Source: Fistulifera solaris
Taxonomy: Eukaryota
Length of the DNA: 64,000 nucleotides
Assembly (NCBI GenBank): GCA_030295235.1
Contig: AP026131.1
Coordinates: 1,116,001 to 1,180,000, forward strand
Direction: 5' to 3'
In this document: piece by piece, positions 12,454 through 25,493 of the stretch
How the letters are laid out: every line of letters starts with the position of its first letter
Position numbering within the stretch: position 1 is the stretch's first letter
Translations under genes and position numbers: made by a program
Notes under the pieces: generated by a model
Told to the model about the DNA's origin: nothing
What the model saw: the letters and a program-made list of their open reading frames with translations, nothing else
Databases searched by the model: none

Positions 12454-13803
12454 CTACAAATCGCCAGAGAAGAAAGCTTCCGCGTCACAGAGAAGAAATT
12501 CTTGTTCCGACACAGGCTGTAATCCTTTCACTTTCAGCTTCTGATTGAAGCGATGCCAATCGCTCCGAAAATGGGCACGATAGCTGGCATTGTTGTGAAA
12601 TACACCGCCGCAGGTATTGCAACTCTTTCCGGCTTCTTCCTGACTGTTATTGCTCGGAACTTCCGTCGACGCAGGGGCAGGTCCTTCCCTCACAAAACTG
12701 GTTTCATGGCTTGTGTCTTTTGATTGTTCTGCCGGACTTTGACCTTCCTGTTGTCTCTTATTCTTCTTTTTCTCCTTCTTTTGAGCTTTGCGTTGATTCT
12801 TTCTACGATTGCCACCGGAAGCATGAAACGCTTCATCAGAACTACTGTCTGTTTCCTCTTGCTGGCTATCGGTGCCGTGGTCGGAATCCGGATGTACTGA
12901 CAATTCAAGCTGCTTCTTCCCAACCTCTTCTTTTGTTGGTGCACTTTCTGACCAAATACCCAGCTCTTCCAATTTCCCTCTTAATTTCATAGCTTCCTCG
13001 TCGTAGGTGTAGTCGTTGTCAACCACTTTGCTTATTGTCTCTGTTGCTTGTTGACTATCGAATGTTTCATCAGTGTTGACAACTTTATGTTGTATTATTT
13101 CCAGACGAGCATCCTTCAGTGTTTCACAGATCTCATTGAGTCGCCGGTAGTGAGATGGGTCAACCTGAAAAACAACAACCGTTTGCGGACCTCCTCCGTT
13201 GTTTTTCCGATAAGATTCTACCTCTACTGCGGAAAGCGTCTCCTTTATTATTTCCTCATCGCTTGGATTGTATTCGAACGACAACTCCATTTTCGCTCGC
13301 TCTATGGGAAGAACGTCTTTCAAAAATTTGACAGCGTCCAAGTATTGCCGCTTGAGCGCTTTGTGAGGTTGTACAGGAAAATTACTGAGCGCCGATTGTA
13401 TATGCGACATGGTAAACGGTCGTTTCGACACGGAATGTACGCAATTATCGCTGACCCAAGTCGCTATTTGGGTCAGCGTGTTTTCCAACAAATGCTGCCG
13501 CTCCAAATCCGACACTTGTATCTTCCCCTGATCCAGAATCAGCTTGGCAATCTTTTCTTGCTCCGTGTTACCAAACGCTTTCTTGAGATCAGCTGCCGCC
13601 GCAAATTTCCCCTTACTGACATTGGTAAAGACCCGCTCCGTCTGAAGGACTTCGGAGAGATCCGTCTCCAGACCGGCACGATAATCCAGCACTTTGTTGC
13701 GGTAGCACGCTATCTCAAAACGCAGCCCTTTGACCGTATGGCGGACGACAGCGACGTTCGTTAATCGCACTTGATTGATGGGTTGATTGATTTGACGTGA
13801 CAT
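12454..13803 (-). CDS. SBDS: Ribosome maturation protein SBDS/Sdo1 with C-terminal C2H2 zinc finger
   Basis: QVRLTNVAVVR, RFEIACYRNKV, VFTNVSKG, LPIERAKM; CNTC...HFRSDWHRFN. Confidence 0.95.
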   Translation of the reverse strand: MSRQINQPINQVRLTNVAVVRHTVKGLRFEIACYRNKVLDYRAGLETDLSEVLQTERVFTNVSKGKFAAAADLKKAFGNTEQEKIAKLILDQGKIQVSDLERQHLLENTLTQIATWVSDNCVHSVSKRPFTMSHIQSALSNFPVQPHKALKRQYLDAVKFLKDVLPIERAKMELSFEYNPSDEEIIKETLSAVEVESYRKNNGGGPQTVVVFQVDPSHYRRLNEICETLKDARLEIIQHKVVNTDETFDSQQATETISKVVDNDYTYDEEAMKLRGKLEELGIWSESAPTKEEVGKKQLELSVHPDSDHGTDSQQEETDSSSDEAFHASGGNRRKNQRKAQKKEKKKNKRQQEGQSPAEQSKDTSHETSFVREGPAPASTEVPSNNSQEEAGKSCNTCGGVFHNNASYRAHFRSDWHRFNQKLKVKGLQPVSEQEFLLCDAEAFFSGDL

Positions 13804-14240
13804 TGGTTGTGAATATTATTTCATGAAGAAAAAGACTGGAGCTTGCTCTCGGATCCCATAATTGTGTTCTGGATTTTTTCCTTGTTGTCGTTGTAAAACA
13901 AAAACCTTTTCGTGGCGCCATAGTCTGGTATCGCCGCACGTAGGACAGACTCCTCCTCCAATCGGGACTCTTCAGTCATTCCCGTTAAGGGTTTGTGGCA
14001 CAATGACTGTGAAAGTCACTCAATGACTACAAATCCAAAACGACTATCGTCTTCAAAGTAATCTCGATAACCTTTTTCTCGGTCAATTCATGACCGATGC
14101 AACGAGGCGAATGCCGCCTTTCAATTCCCTCCACTGAATCAAGTCCAGGGGTTTGATTACAACAATCGAAGGAAATACTAAAGACCTTACCCCTTTTGAC
14201 GAGCCAGCCTAATCCATTTATCGCTTCTCTCTTAACAGTC

Positions 14241-15188
14241 ATGATCGGCGATGAAGACGAGAGAAAGACGCGTCGTCTGAAGCCTCCTCGTCGTTCCGAA
14301 TCCTCCGAGAGGTACGATGAAGGCAGTCACAGTGGTGACGAGGCTCGAGTAGATCCTCGTAAGCAGCGCACACGCAGAAGAGCTTCGATAGGAGCCCCAA
14401 CCATTCCTCAGCCAGAGCCTGTGGAGGATCCCGAGCGTCCCTTGCGAGGTCATATCGATCGCGCCAAATCAGCCGACACCGATGTGCGTCGAGCACGGCG
14501 AGGACGCCGTGCCAGTATGGTGAGTTCCACTTCTTCCATCTCGGACATGTCTGTGGGGTCTTCGGGATCTTATGGCTACGAAGATAACACACAATCCGAC
14601 TATGGCTACGGCGATCATACTGCACCCGTAGCTGCCGCTCCGGGACGTCGCCGCGGACGCCGTGCTAGTATCAGTGGCCCGGGCGCGTTCCCAGTCGCGA
14701 CACCGCCTCCCGAAGAAGCGGTAGCCCCGTCGTACGATGACAAGTTTGGAAGAAGTAAAGAAAAAGAGGAGGAGGATCTAAAGAGCAGTCGCAGCCGAGA
14801 GCGTCGGCGCCCTACTACAGAACGCAGCCGGGCGGCCAAGTTGATCTCAATGGCATCAAAAGTGGCGACGTATTCCGCGAATCCGCTCGAGCAGAGCCCG
14901 TGTCAAAGCCAGACTCTCTGATCATGCCCATAACCATTCCTGATGCGGCGGAGAAACGACCCCGACGTCGAGCCAGTATGTTGGGTGCTGTCGGTGGGGC
15001 TGTAGGAGCCGTGGGTGGTGCCGTCGGCGGCGTCGTGGGCTCTGCAGCACAAAAAGTGGGCGGTGCTGTAATTCGAAGCGAAAAAGAAAAAGCCTCGTCA
15101 TCGAAAGGGTCCGGAAGTGGATGATATCCCGAAGATTGCGGGCAATGAGAGACGTGCTCGTGGCACAATGTTAGATCGCCTTAGCTAA
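14241..15188 (+). CDS. Hypothetical disordered protein with repeated RRAS motifs, two frameshifts
   Basis: ORFs 14196-14921 and 14900-15124 plus tail ...GTMLDRLS* at 15188; RRRASI, RRASM, RRASI, RRRASM. Confidence 0.6.
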
Positions 15189-16054
15189 AGTGGGCGATTG
15201 AGGCTCGTTAATCAAAATGGACTGAGTTATAAATTATAAGGACTAGGATAAGAGTAGTTACATTATGTTGCTAGATCTAATATCTAATTTCTAAATTCGA
15301 TTTAAGCGTGACAAAGCATTACTCGATCATAACAGTTTGCCTAGTGTTTGATCAGCTCTGCGATGTTCAACCTAATCTCAGCTAGTAGGAGGACGTTTTG
15401 CTTCTATGTGAAAAAGAAGCGAAGTTGGTGAACTATTTGATTTATACGGAGTAAGAATTAAGAATAGTCTGTGAAGCAATCAATTGCTTGTGTTAAACCC
15501 TCTAGAGAGAGATCGCATTTTGGCTGCAAACTGCGAATTGTAAATTCATTAGAGAGATGGTTCAAATAGTTTTGCTCGTCTCGAGTACTTTAATGTATCT
15601 GGTGTCAGTCCTCAGTTTTCATAAAGTATTTAGAAAACTTAAGTTAGTGTTCCTACATTTGAGCTTAGAGTGTGTTGTTCTTCGGTACTTGAGTCCTTTA
15701 GATGAAGGAACTTCTACTTATTACAACGTAAAAGTTTTACTGTAGTGTCCAGACATTCAAACTGGCATTCTGCGGTGCCGCACCCTTTACCGACTACACA
15801 ATAGCTAAGAGTAAGTACGGTAATTGGGCCTTTTTGAATTGCGTTTCATGACCAAGAAATCGTTTTGTTTTGCATCTCATCGTTTCAAGTCGATGAAGAC
15901 AAGAGATACTGTCTTGATAATCTTTTCTATCGTAGAGCTTAGCGCTTGGGTTCTTTTTGGTGGTCTGTTGACCTTCAGCAATATACTGTGATTCTCGGTT
16001 GTCGTTGGTAGCCATCGTGAGCTCCAAGAACGGCATACACGACATCAATTAAAC

Positions 16055-17634
16055 ATGGCCACGACAATAAGTCGCCTCGGAAGAGCAGCTACTGTTGCTG
16101 ACGAAGGAGAAAAGCGCTCTAGATGCCCGAGCAAACGTAGAGGGCGCCGCCCCTCTCTACGATCTTCTGTGGGCCCCGAGGCAGAAGTAATGCCCAAGAA
16201 TCTCATGTCTTCTGTCGATGATGAGGGCAGCGATGACGACGAAGCTCTCCTCTTCAGTAACAACGGAAGCTCAAACAGTAGAGCATCCACTGGTGCCCAA
16301 CGTCGTGGTGTAAATCACATAAAGTCACCTGACGGTCGTCAGGGAATGAAAAAAGCCCAGAGCGCCGATGCTGTATTGCAATCGCCAGAGACAGGTCGGT
16401 CTTCTAAATTAAGAGGGAGCGGCAATAGACGCGCGCTGAACACAAACGAACTACTGTCTCCGAAATCACGAGCTCTTCACTCTCCCAACGCTGAGGGGAC
16501 TCGCTCTTCCAAGCCTCGGACAACTCGGTCTAGTTCACCATCGAGAGGGGCGTCCCGTCGAGGGACGAGAACCAGCCGTAGTGGGAGTGCTGAGACAAAA
16601 GATCGTTCCCCGAGTCGTCGTGAACGCAGACGCAGTCGCGGTGGAAAGGAGACTTCTTCCCCTCAAAAGTTGAAACCTGTCTCAAAACTTGATGATTCGG
16701 ACAGTGAAGATGACCGACGCCCTCTTTCTTACATGGGTGGAATTCACTCACGGCAATCGAATAAAAATGCAGGTAACGACGACGAAATAGACTTTCTTTC
16801 CGACTATTCATCTGCCACAGAAGATGAGTCTGCTCGCGGCGGTGAGGACAGTGCTCGTCGCGAACGCCGCAAGCGAGAAGGCAGTCGTAGACAGCATCGC
16901 TCTTCAATATCCGGCAACTCGAGAAGGGCGTCTAGACGAAGTATACTTCCTGCTGATGACAATGAGTTTGGTACCGAGTATGCTGATGAGGACGAAGAAA
17001 AACTGGAAAGGCGCGAAAGAAGAAAGAAAACACCTTCTCCGACAAAGCATTCGAGCAGTCAGCGGGGAGGACGCACTAAAGGCGGTCGACCAGATGCCTT
17101 GCAATTTTCCCCCTTCCAATCAACGCGCCTCACGTGCTGACCGGATTTCAGATCATATACTTCACAATAGCACGCTTCCAAGTGCAGACGATACCGAAAC
17201 AGAAGTTGACTATACGGAAAACGCCGCGGATGATGAGCCGATCCTTGCAGGAGCAAGCGGTCGCCGACGTACACGTTTGAGCATGGACGTGTTGCGAGCC
17301 GATATTCAAGCATCGGAAGCGGAAGGAAGAAAGCCGACCGTAGATGGTAAGCGTATCGAAGCAGATATGGCCGACGCCATGCAGCGTCTCGAGGCTCATG
17401 ACGCTGAGGCCTCGAAGAAGAAAAAAGAAAGGTCTTGGAAAGTTACTGAGCATGTTCAAGAGGGGCGACAATAGTGAGTCTGGATATGAGTCGAGTGCAA
17501 GCACGAGCAGCGCTCGGGATCCGAATCGAGGCCTTGCTCGTCATAGAAGTCGCCTAGTGAAGAATGTTCTTCCCCACACATTGCTCGACGATAGTGAGAG
17601 CGAACTCCAGGATGTTGACTTGTTCTTGAAATAA
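16055..17634 (+). CDS. Hypothetical Arg/Ser-rich disordered protein, two frameshifts
   Basis: Successive overlapping + strand ORFs 16055-17140, 16824-17474, 17344-17634 with continuous composition. Confidence 0.6.
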
Positions 17635-17834
17635 AAGATGTTGTTAGTGGTCTAAGTTTACTTTTCCGCTGTATTTATAATAGGATGAGCATAATCGAAC
17701 AACAAATACGGAGTATAAAAAATAGACTATACCGTATACTCATGACTCATCTTGACTCACGCTCTACATTTTCGCACTTTTATTGCCATTTTGACGAATG
17801 GCATACACCATTCAAAAGAAGATGAAGCATCGTC

Positions 17835-19138
17835 ATGAAAAGACAGACAATACAAAGCAAGCAGCATGCTAAACTAAGACGGACGTTTGCGAGGCAACTC
17901 TTTATCTTGGTGGTTCCGTTTTGTTTCATCACGGTTTGGCTCGTAGCGTCTTTCCGCAAAATTGGCTGCGTCAACTGCAACCTCCCCCAAATTCATCCAA
18001 CTAAAACAGTTCAGCAAGATCTTGCTTCATTTAAAGACAACACAAAAGAAGCTAAACAATTAACAACGGCCCAGTGGAAACCCATGTTTTTAGAGACAAA
18101 TTCGTCTAAATTTACTGCAGAACATTTATGGTCACAGTCATTGTCAACCGACGCTGTCATCTTGGGCCCACAAATTCGCTCCAACCATACCTTGGTGACG
18201 GCTTATTTTCGAGCTAAGTCGAAGTATCCGAGTACGAAGTACGATGAATGGATGCAAAACATGATGAGTTTGAAAGATCCGCTGGTCATTTTCACACAAC
18301 CGGATCTAGTCGAGATGATGTCGAATCTTAGATCTGACCCAAGTCTTTCTACAATCATAATCCCTTGCACACTCGAAGATCTACCAATCTCTAAGTTAAA
18401 ATCAGATCTTGTGTTCGAGCATGCGGGAAAAACACTCTCGTTATGGGAGCATCAGCTCGAGATTGATCCCGAGAAGAATCGGCACTCTTCATACTACGTG
18501 TTCTGGATCTGGCTGTCCAAATCATGGCTAGTCGAGCAAGCTATTCAACGCAACTTTTTTCAATCCGAGTTTTTCGTTTACACAGATATCGGTACGTGAG
18601 GAATGAACGACACGCGTAATTTGCAGGAGTTGTCAACTGACGCTTTTTGAATTCGTACAAGGTTGTTTTCGAGGGGGAAAGTATAATCACAAAATGCTGG
18701 TATCGCCCGACTTTTGGTCGAGTTCCATACGACCAGATCGTCACACGCTCCTTTGGATGGCACATCATCCACCCAATCCTCCTCCAACTTACATCTGGAC
18801 GAATAAACTGGAAACAAAAGCAGTTCTTCTATCAGTCTGGATCGCAAGCAGCGGGTTTCCGAGAGGCTTGGATTGAATTTAATCGGGAATTTGCCAAAAC
18901 GCTGGATGACTACGTAGCTGCTGGTGTCTTTGTGGGTGAAGATCAATGTATTTTGCAAGCCACTTGCTTGCGTAAGCCTCAATTGTGTCAATACATCCCA
19001 TTTTCGCAAGTAGCCGACAATCACTATTTTGGTTTGAGACACGTGTTGCACTTCCCGACGCTGAATAAGATGCAAGAGCCGTACCAGCCGTGGCGACCGC
19101 CCCAGCCCTCTGCGGATTTTCTCGTCTCGTCGGAATAA
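17835..19138 (+). CDS. Type II membrane HtrL/YibB-like putative glycosyltransferase; intron 18592-18661, frameshift ~18810
   Basis: N-terminal TM; TLVTAYF, LVIFT, IWLSKSW, spliced YTDIG|CFR, FVGEDQCIL. Confidence 0.7.
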
Positions 19139-19479
19139 TTATGCTGGGTGATCTGGGACATAGGTGCCTCAATCGTAAGACTTTTTAAGTGCTTGCGGAC
19201 TATCAAGGTTCGTCCTATTCAAGATTTAAAATTAAGTTGCCGCTGGATGTCTTGAGCATGAGATCAGGTAGCGCAACGATTGCGGGGATGAGAGACCTAG
19301 TTTTTGATTGACGACGTGATTGGTGATTGCTTTTCACGTGTTACAGTACGTGTCACTATTAGTAAAACGTCGTTCTAAGTTGTCCATTGCTTTATAAGTA
19401 ATTTTCGATACCAGTAAGACAGTTCTCTCTTATACTCAACGCCACGGTTTATTTTTTCGTGTTTCGTCGGCTCGCATAT

Positions 19480-19925
19480 CCCAACCTTCAAAAAATTGTC
19501 GGGGTTCAGACAATTTTTGATTTGCGGTAAAACTCTAAATCAAAAATTGTATACCAGTTCGACAATTTTTGTCACCCTCGTAGAATTTGTATGGCTTTGC
19601 TACGTGACACCGTTTTACAGAGTTTCTACGTGAAAGAGCCCGAAGATAAAAGTTGAAATTCCTCAAAAATTGATTTTGATACAAAACATACCATTGTATT
19701 CAGCATTTTCTAATGCATCTGACTGATAAATTCGATGTTTTATTTAATCCATTATTTGATCAAAAACTGATGATTTACATTATTTTCCAAAGGGTTAAGG
19801 CTATGCTGTAGTAGTATTTGTACGTGAGAAAAATTGTCTGGGTTCAGACAATTTTTTTGGATATACTATTGTACGTAAAGCTACAGAAAATTGTCTGAAC
19901 CCCGACAATTTTTGAAAAGGTTGGG
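19480..19925. mobile_element. MITE (446 bp) with ~40-bp terminal inverted repeats, flanked by ATAT
   Basis: Left ATAT|CCCAACCTTCAAAAAATTGTCGGGGTTCAGACAATTTT versus right AAAATTGTCTGAACCCCGACAATTTTTGAAAAGGTTGGG|ATAT; AT-rich non-coding interior with extra AAAAATTGT..ACAATTTTT palindromes. Confidence 0.85.
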
Positions 19926-20036
19926 ATATTATTGCAAAAATAGGCCCCGCTTACATCCACGACAACGAGCACGGCATTGAAACATTTATTGACGCACATC
20001 GTGAAAAGCGTTCTCGAGATTATAAGAATCACTTCC

Positions 20037-21791
20037 ATGACCAAACAGAAGAGCCAACAGAAGTCGATTGCCTTCGGAAAGCCTTATTTTTACGCGACAA
20101 AGAGTGCGCCGTCGGGGAAAACTGTCGAGCAAGCGGTGTGCACCAACCAGTCGACGGTCTTTTGACGTCGGATGGCAAAATATATCAAACAGGAACGCTC
20201 CATGGACAAATATTTAAGTCCCCTACTCTTGTGGAAATAAGATATGCGTTGAAATGTGTTGAAATAGCAGCTGGTCGGCATTTTTGTCTGGGTCGATTGG
20301 AAGGAGGACAAGCAGTCGTAAGTTGGGGCGCAGGTAAGAGGGGACTCGTTGTCAGGCCAGAATTGTATTTTATATCAACAACTCAAGCATTAATTTAGGA
20401 CACTTCGGTCAGCTTGGATTAGGAGGTGATAAGATGGTCAGTTTTACTTCTTCGCCGACAATCATCGAACGTTTACTACCAAGACACACCGGGTCACCTA
20501 TCAAACAAATAGCTGCTGGGTCTTGGCACGCACTGGCTCTCGCCGAATCGGGGAAGGTATGGGCTTGGGGATCGAATCGTAACTGGCAATGCGGAAGACA
20601 GCTGACGAGTAAAAGCCTAACTGACGCGCCCACGTTTACTGTCCCTTTACCTGTTCCGCAACTGGATGGAGTCGACCAAATATCCGCCGGAAGGGCCCAT
20701 TCGGTAGCTTTGATTGCGCAGTCTGGCGAAGTTTATTGCTGGGGAGCATCTCACTTTGGGCAGTGCGCTGCGAGCGTACGGAGAGGTGTCAGTGGCGTAG
20801 CCCCGCCCAAGCTAGTACAGTCATTGCAAGATGTGCTGGTCACAAAAGTTTCAGCTGGTGGTAATCACACTTTATGTTTGACCAGTGGAGGACGAGTGTT
20901 TGCGTGGGGTGCAGGAGGGGAAGGGCAGCTGGGTCTGGGTGTACCAGTGCCGTATCAGACCAAGCCGAGGCTGATAGGTGATTTGGATTTCGTAGCAATA
21001 GCAGCGGGGCAAGACTGGAAAAAACAACAAAAGGCGCATCAGCCAAGTCGCTTGCCTCGGTTCCAAAGATTAGAGATATTTTCGCTGGTCCCACATACTC
21101 GGTTGCTACTTGTACTACTGGGCATCTTTATGTGTGGGGATCAAATGATGCAGGGCAGCTGGGAGTCCCTGCGCCGTCAAATTTGCCTTTTTTGGATAGT
21201 TGTCAGGAAACACGGCAACAAAACGGTTCGCTAAGAGATATGCATGTTCGAACTTTTGATTCAAATCACAATCTGCTACTTCCACATCGTTTAATAGCCG
21301 CAGAACCACTAGATGTCACTTTTGTGGCATGCGGGCCGAACCATCTGTGGTGTGTAGGCAACGAAAGACCCGAAACGAAAGAAACTACACCAGGACGAAC
21401 ATTATATGAACTACAAGAAGAAGTACGTGAAGAGAGGCTGCTTCGTGTACGTCAGTCGTTAATGGCTAAAGCGGAAAATATAGAAAGTCCTGTGCGAGAG
21501 AATACAGAAGGGGGTGATCACGCTAAAGAAGATGCAGAATTGCAGGAATCCCCTGCCATGTCGCCAGGAGCTGAATCCCTTTCCGAGATTGCGGTCGAGG
21601 ATTTTACAGAACTCACATCGGATAAAAGTGCTACCGCAGAAGAGGAGGATACAATAGTAGAAACTCCCGCATCTCCAAGATGGTCGCTGTCGAACATGAT
21701 AAGAAGAATGTCAGGCGGGCAATCCGTTGGGAGCAACGGGTCTCGAAAGTCGATAAGGCGAAGAACCTTTCCGCGCAAACAGTCGCTGTAA
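20037..21791 (+). CDS. RCC1-repeat (beta-propeller) protein; intron 20334-20398, frameshifts ~20160 and ~21050
   Basis: Repeats IAAGRHF, SWGAG|HFGQLG, IAAGSWH, AWGSN, ISAGRAHS, VSAGGNHT, WGAGGEGQLG, WGSNDAGQLG. Confidence 0.85.
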
Positions 21792-22550
21792 ATATAAATT
21801 CAAAGTTAAGCCAGATTGCTTCGGTTACTTCGCAGCCTATTACAAAGCAGCTTGTTACAAAATAAATGCTACTCTAGCTCCATTACCGGTACGATTGTCC
21901 CTGTTTAAAAACCAGAACCGAACCGGGATTGAAATGTTTGCCGTTACTTCTCTTCCGCGAAACGGATTGGATTTCTTTGCGGATGGATAAAAAAATTTCG
22001 GCGGAGCGCCCGAAACTCCCCCTCCGCACACTAATCTATCACTTCGTTCACTCTTGTAAGTACGAATTCCTCGGTTTAAAAATATAACTCGTTAAGTACC
22101 GCATTATTGCATAGAATAAAGTACCTAAATGATAGCCTAAGTACGACGTGCTTTCATCTAAGTAAACTGACATGCAGTGGCGGGAACTATCATCGAGCGC
22201 GGGCCGGATCAACGCGTTCGTCGAACCGGAGCAAAACAATAACGACAGCGCCTCGACGCGGCAATAAAACGGATCCTTTTGCAGGCAGCGCGCTGCAGGA
22301 GCAACAAAGAAGAACATCAACAACAGATTTGGTACCACTGCGTGTACTTGACGCAATAAAGAGCACTCTTTGACATCACCATTATAACAAGGCATCGCTG
22401 ATATCGTGTAGAGACTTTGCGATTCGTTTATCGAAATCAGGTGTATCTCTTGACTCAAATTCGAAAACGTCGGCCGAGAGTCGCGCATCAAGCTGTTTTC
22501 TTTTCAAGCAGCAACTCAATTTTGAAATTGCCCCTTGTGATCTGATCAAA

Positions 22551-25322
22551 ATGGTAAGAATTGTGGGGAGGATATCTGTATAGCTGGAGGCAATCCGCGG
22601 CAAAGGCACGGATACAACATTCTGATGTTTTTGCGCCTCTCCGGGGTTGTTTGAGTCGTCCCTTGCCGAGATTGAGCTTTATTGCATCTGCAATTATAGT
22701 TTTTGATTTAACTGAGGCGCGAATGGCGACCTTATGTCACTTGAGGCTTGATCGCTGAATGTATGAGTCTTTTGACCTTGACTCTCACTCTTTATTTCGC
22801 GATAATTTCCGTTTCTTCACCGCAGCCGACTGCCACTCGAAGATCGAACAAATATACGACACCCGCACGCTCGGAAGTCGCTGCTCCTTCTTCAAAGAAT
22901 GAACCGGTGGCCAATCTTGTCACTCCGAGCGATCCTAGCATAGATGTGGCAGCCATTCGTACTGCAGTCACCAGCAGCCCCCTCGCAAACGAACACGGAG
23001 ATTCCAAACAAGTTCGTTTCGGGCCCGAGGACGTTACCGAGTCTCCTCGTCAACAAAATGCAGGCAGAGGTTTAGTGTCGAGAAGAGGAGGAAGATACGC
23101 CTCGCCTGGAAATCGATCGGTATTGATGAAGACACATTCCGAAGATAGCAACTCAGTAGAAAAGGACGAGCAAGCAACAGAATATGAATTCCACAGTCCC
23201 ACCTTGAAGCGCGATGAAGTCCCATGTTTGTCAAATGAACAACGACAGGACAAAAGCAGCTCATCATCCGACTCATCTTCTAGTTTTTCGGCATCAGCCG
23301 TCGAGGCAAATTCGAATCAACAAACAGAAAACGTAGCTTTGCGTTTCCCCAAAGCAGACGAAGCAACGAAGGTAAGGAAACATAGGCCGACTTTGTCGAA
23401 ATTTATGATTCTTGTGTCTCAAAAGTTGTTGCAGCCTGTCGCACGTTCAGTTGACTCCCCGAAGGACGAGAACGCCGAGAACCTGCCGTCCTTGGAGGAC
23501 CTGAAAATAATGAGCCCAGGTGGTCCACTCTTTACTGCTCCCACGACGCCATCCAAACGCAATGAATCATCCATCAATAGCCCTGCGTCCTTTGAAGAGG
23601 AGCGAAAGCCTGAAAAGCAATCCCCTCGTGAGCGGTGCGTTCAGACACCCACCGATTTCGCGATGGACTACGGTAAACACAATCCAATGTCAAACGGTTC
23701 ATTTGATACTTCAAATGTGTTAGCATGGTTGCAATCCCCGACTGCAAACGGCCTCTTCTCGCCGGGTGGATACGGTGCACTACTCAATACGCCGGGTGGG
23801 CCCCGAACTCCTCGAACGCCGACCGTCAGCACGTCGTTTTTCTTCTCGGACGTTGCCAGCTTACCGAGGGGTGATACACCGGCAGCTCGGGAGGAATCAG
23901 CATCGAAACGAAAGAACATTTCAAGCATTATTTGCATTTCGCCTCTGTCGTCTTCAAAGGCTCGAACCGGTACCACTCCTCCTGCTAATTTGAAAGATAT
24001 GTTCTCGTCTCCACAAGAAAAAAAGTAAAGCAAGGAGCTTACCACTTTTGAGCGATGATACACCTCGAGAAGACAAACGAAGGACGTCACAACGCAGTGC
24101 CAGTAAAGATCCAAGTCTCGATGCCGTCCCCTTGGCCGAACGCGATTTGATGGAGGACGAGGACATGAGCGTTTTACTTCAATTAGCGTCAAATACGCCC
24201 CGATCAGCGGGGGGTACCACAACGTCCGGTCCGGTGTTTCGATCTCCAACTAGCGGGAAGGAAGACCGAACGGAAAGCGAAAATCTACCTGCTTTGCAAC
24301 TCCCCATGATTGGAGGTCAGAATGGACGCAAGCCCAAGCGTGGGGAAGAGTTTGCACCACCGCAACTGGGCATGCGCTCAGGGTCAGGCACTAAGAACAT
24401 CTTGCCCGGCAGCTCTCAAAAAAGAAAATGAGGCGGGAGACAGTCAAGATGGCAGCGACAACAAAAGTCCTACAGGGGCATATCCTATGCACCCGCCGTA
24501 TCCAAGAGATGCACCAGCTTTTTATCCGCCGGCACCGCCTGGGATGCATGGTCCAAGTGGCAGCATGAGAGTTGTTGTAGGCGGACCGCCGCCAAGCGGA
24601 TCTCCGCCCCGTCCTGGAATCAGTACCTCACCTCACCAAGCTCCTCCATTTTACGATCATCCGTATCCCCCGCCCCCAGGAATGTATTCGCAATATCACC
24701 ATGTGGGATACCCTTATCAATACTCTCACCATCCACCTAGACACATGCCTTTGTACGGAGGTCATCAACCTCCTGCAACAGTTGGACAAGAGCCGAAAAA
24801 AGGAACCAAGAAGACCATCAGCAAACCTGTCAAGCGAGGCCCATCTTCACCGGATTCCAAAGTTACCAAGAAACCAAGGAAATCACCGTCAAAGACGAAG
24901 AACAAAGTCACACCACAGTTGGAGGGAGAAGACAGAGACAAAGCAGCTGCATCAATTCTTGCCGTGAACGCTGCCAGCGGCGGAAAGAATGATAAGGCCG
25001 CCGCACTAGCAGCTGCTATTCTTCGTGGTGTTACGATGAGACCTTCTGGAAAATGGGTGAGTGTTTACATCAGCTTAATGGTTGAAGCATTCTTCTCGTA
25101 CTCTTCTCACTGATGTTTCAATTACAGCAAGCTCAATTGTACTTCGCGGGGAAATCGAGATACATTGGGGTATTTGATTCGCGAGAAAAGGCCGCTTTGG
25201 CGTATGAAATCGCACGAGAGAAGTTGAAGCACGGCCCACAAGAACCAAACGGAAAATCAACAGAGAATCTTGTGAATGCCGCACGCAAAGCTGCATTTGA
25301 TGGTGTAAACGAAAAACTATAA
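22551..25322 (+). CDS. AP2/ERF-domain transcription factor; introns 22554-22825, 23372-23434, 25057-25127; frameshifts in poly-A ~24020 and ~24420
   Basis: Spliced C-terminal RGVTMRPSGKW|QAQLYFAGKSRYIGVFDSREKAALAYE; long S/T/P-rich N-terminal region; canonical splice sites. Confidence 0.85.
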
Positions 25323-25493
25323 ATTTGTATCTTGTATGTATTATCATTTACGCTGTCTCTGTCTCTATAGCTCTCTAGGAGGAGAACTGTATCAACTGGG
25401 TTGTGCAACACTTGAAAAGTTTTGAACAAATTAGTACGAAGCTTCTTTTATTATCAGAATAGCATTATTACAACGCAAGTATGTGCAGGGCGT

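Noticed and set aside
13048..13764. Long antisense ORFs (also 4402-4980, 36222-36857, 60639-61457)
   Set aside because: Shadows of real genes on the opposite strand, no recognisable motifs
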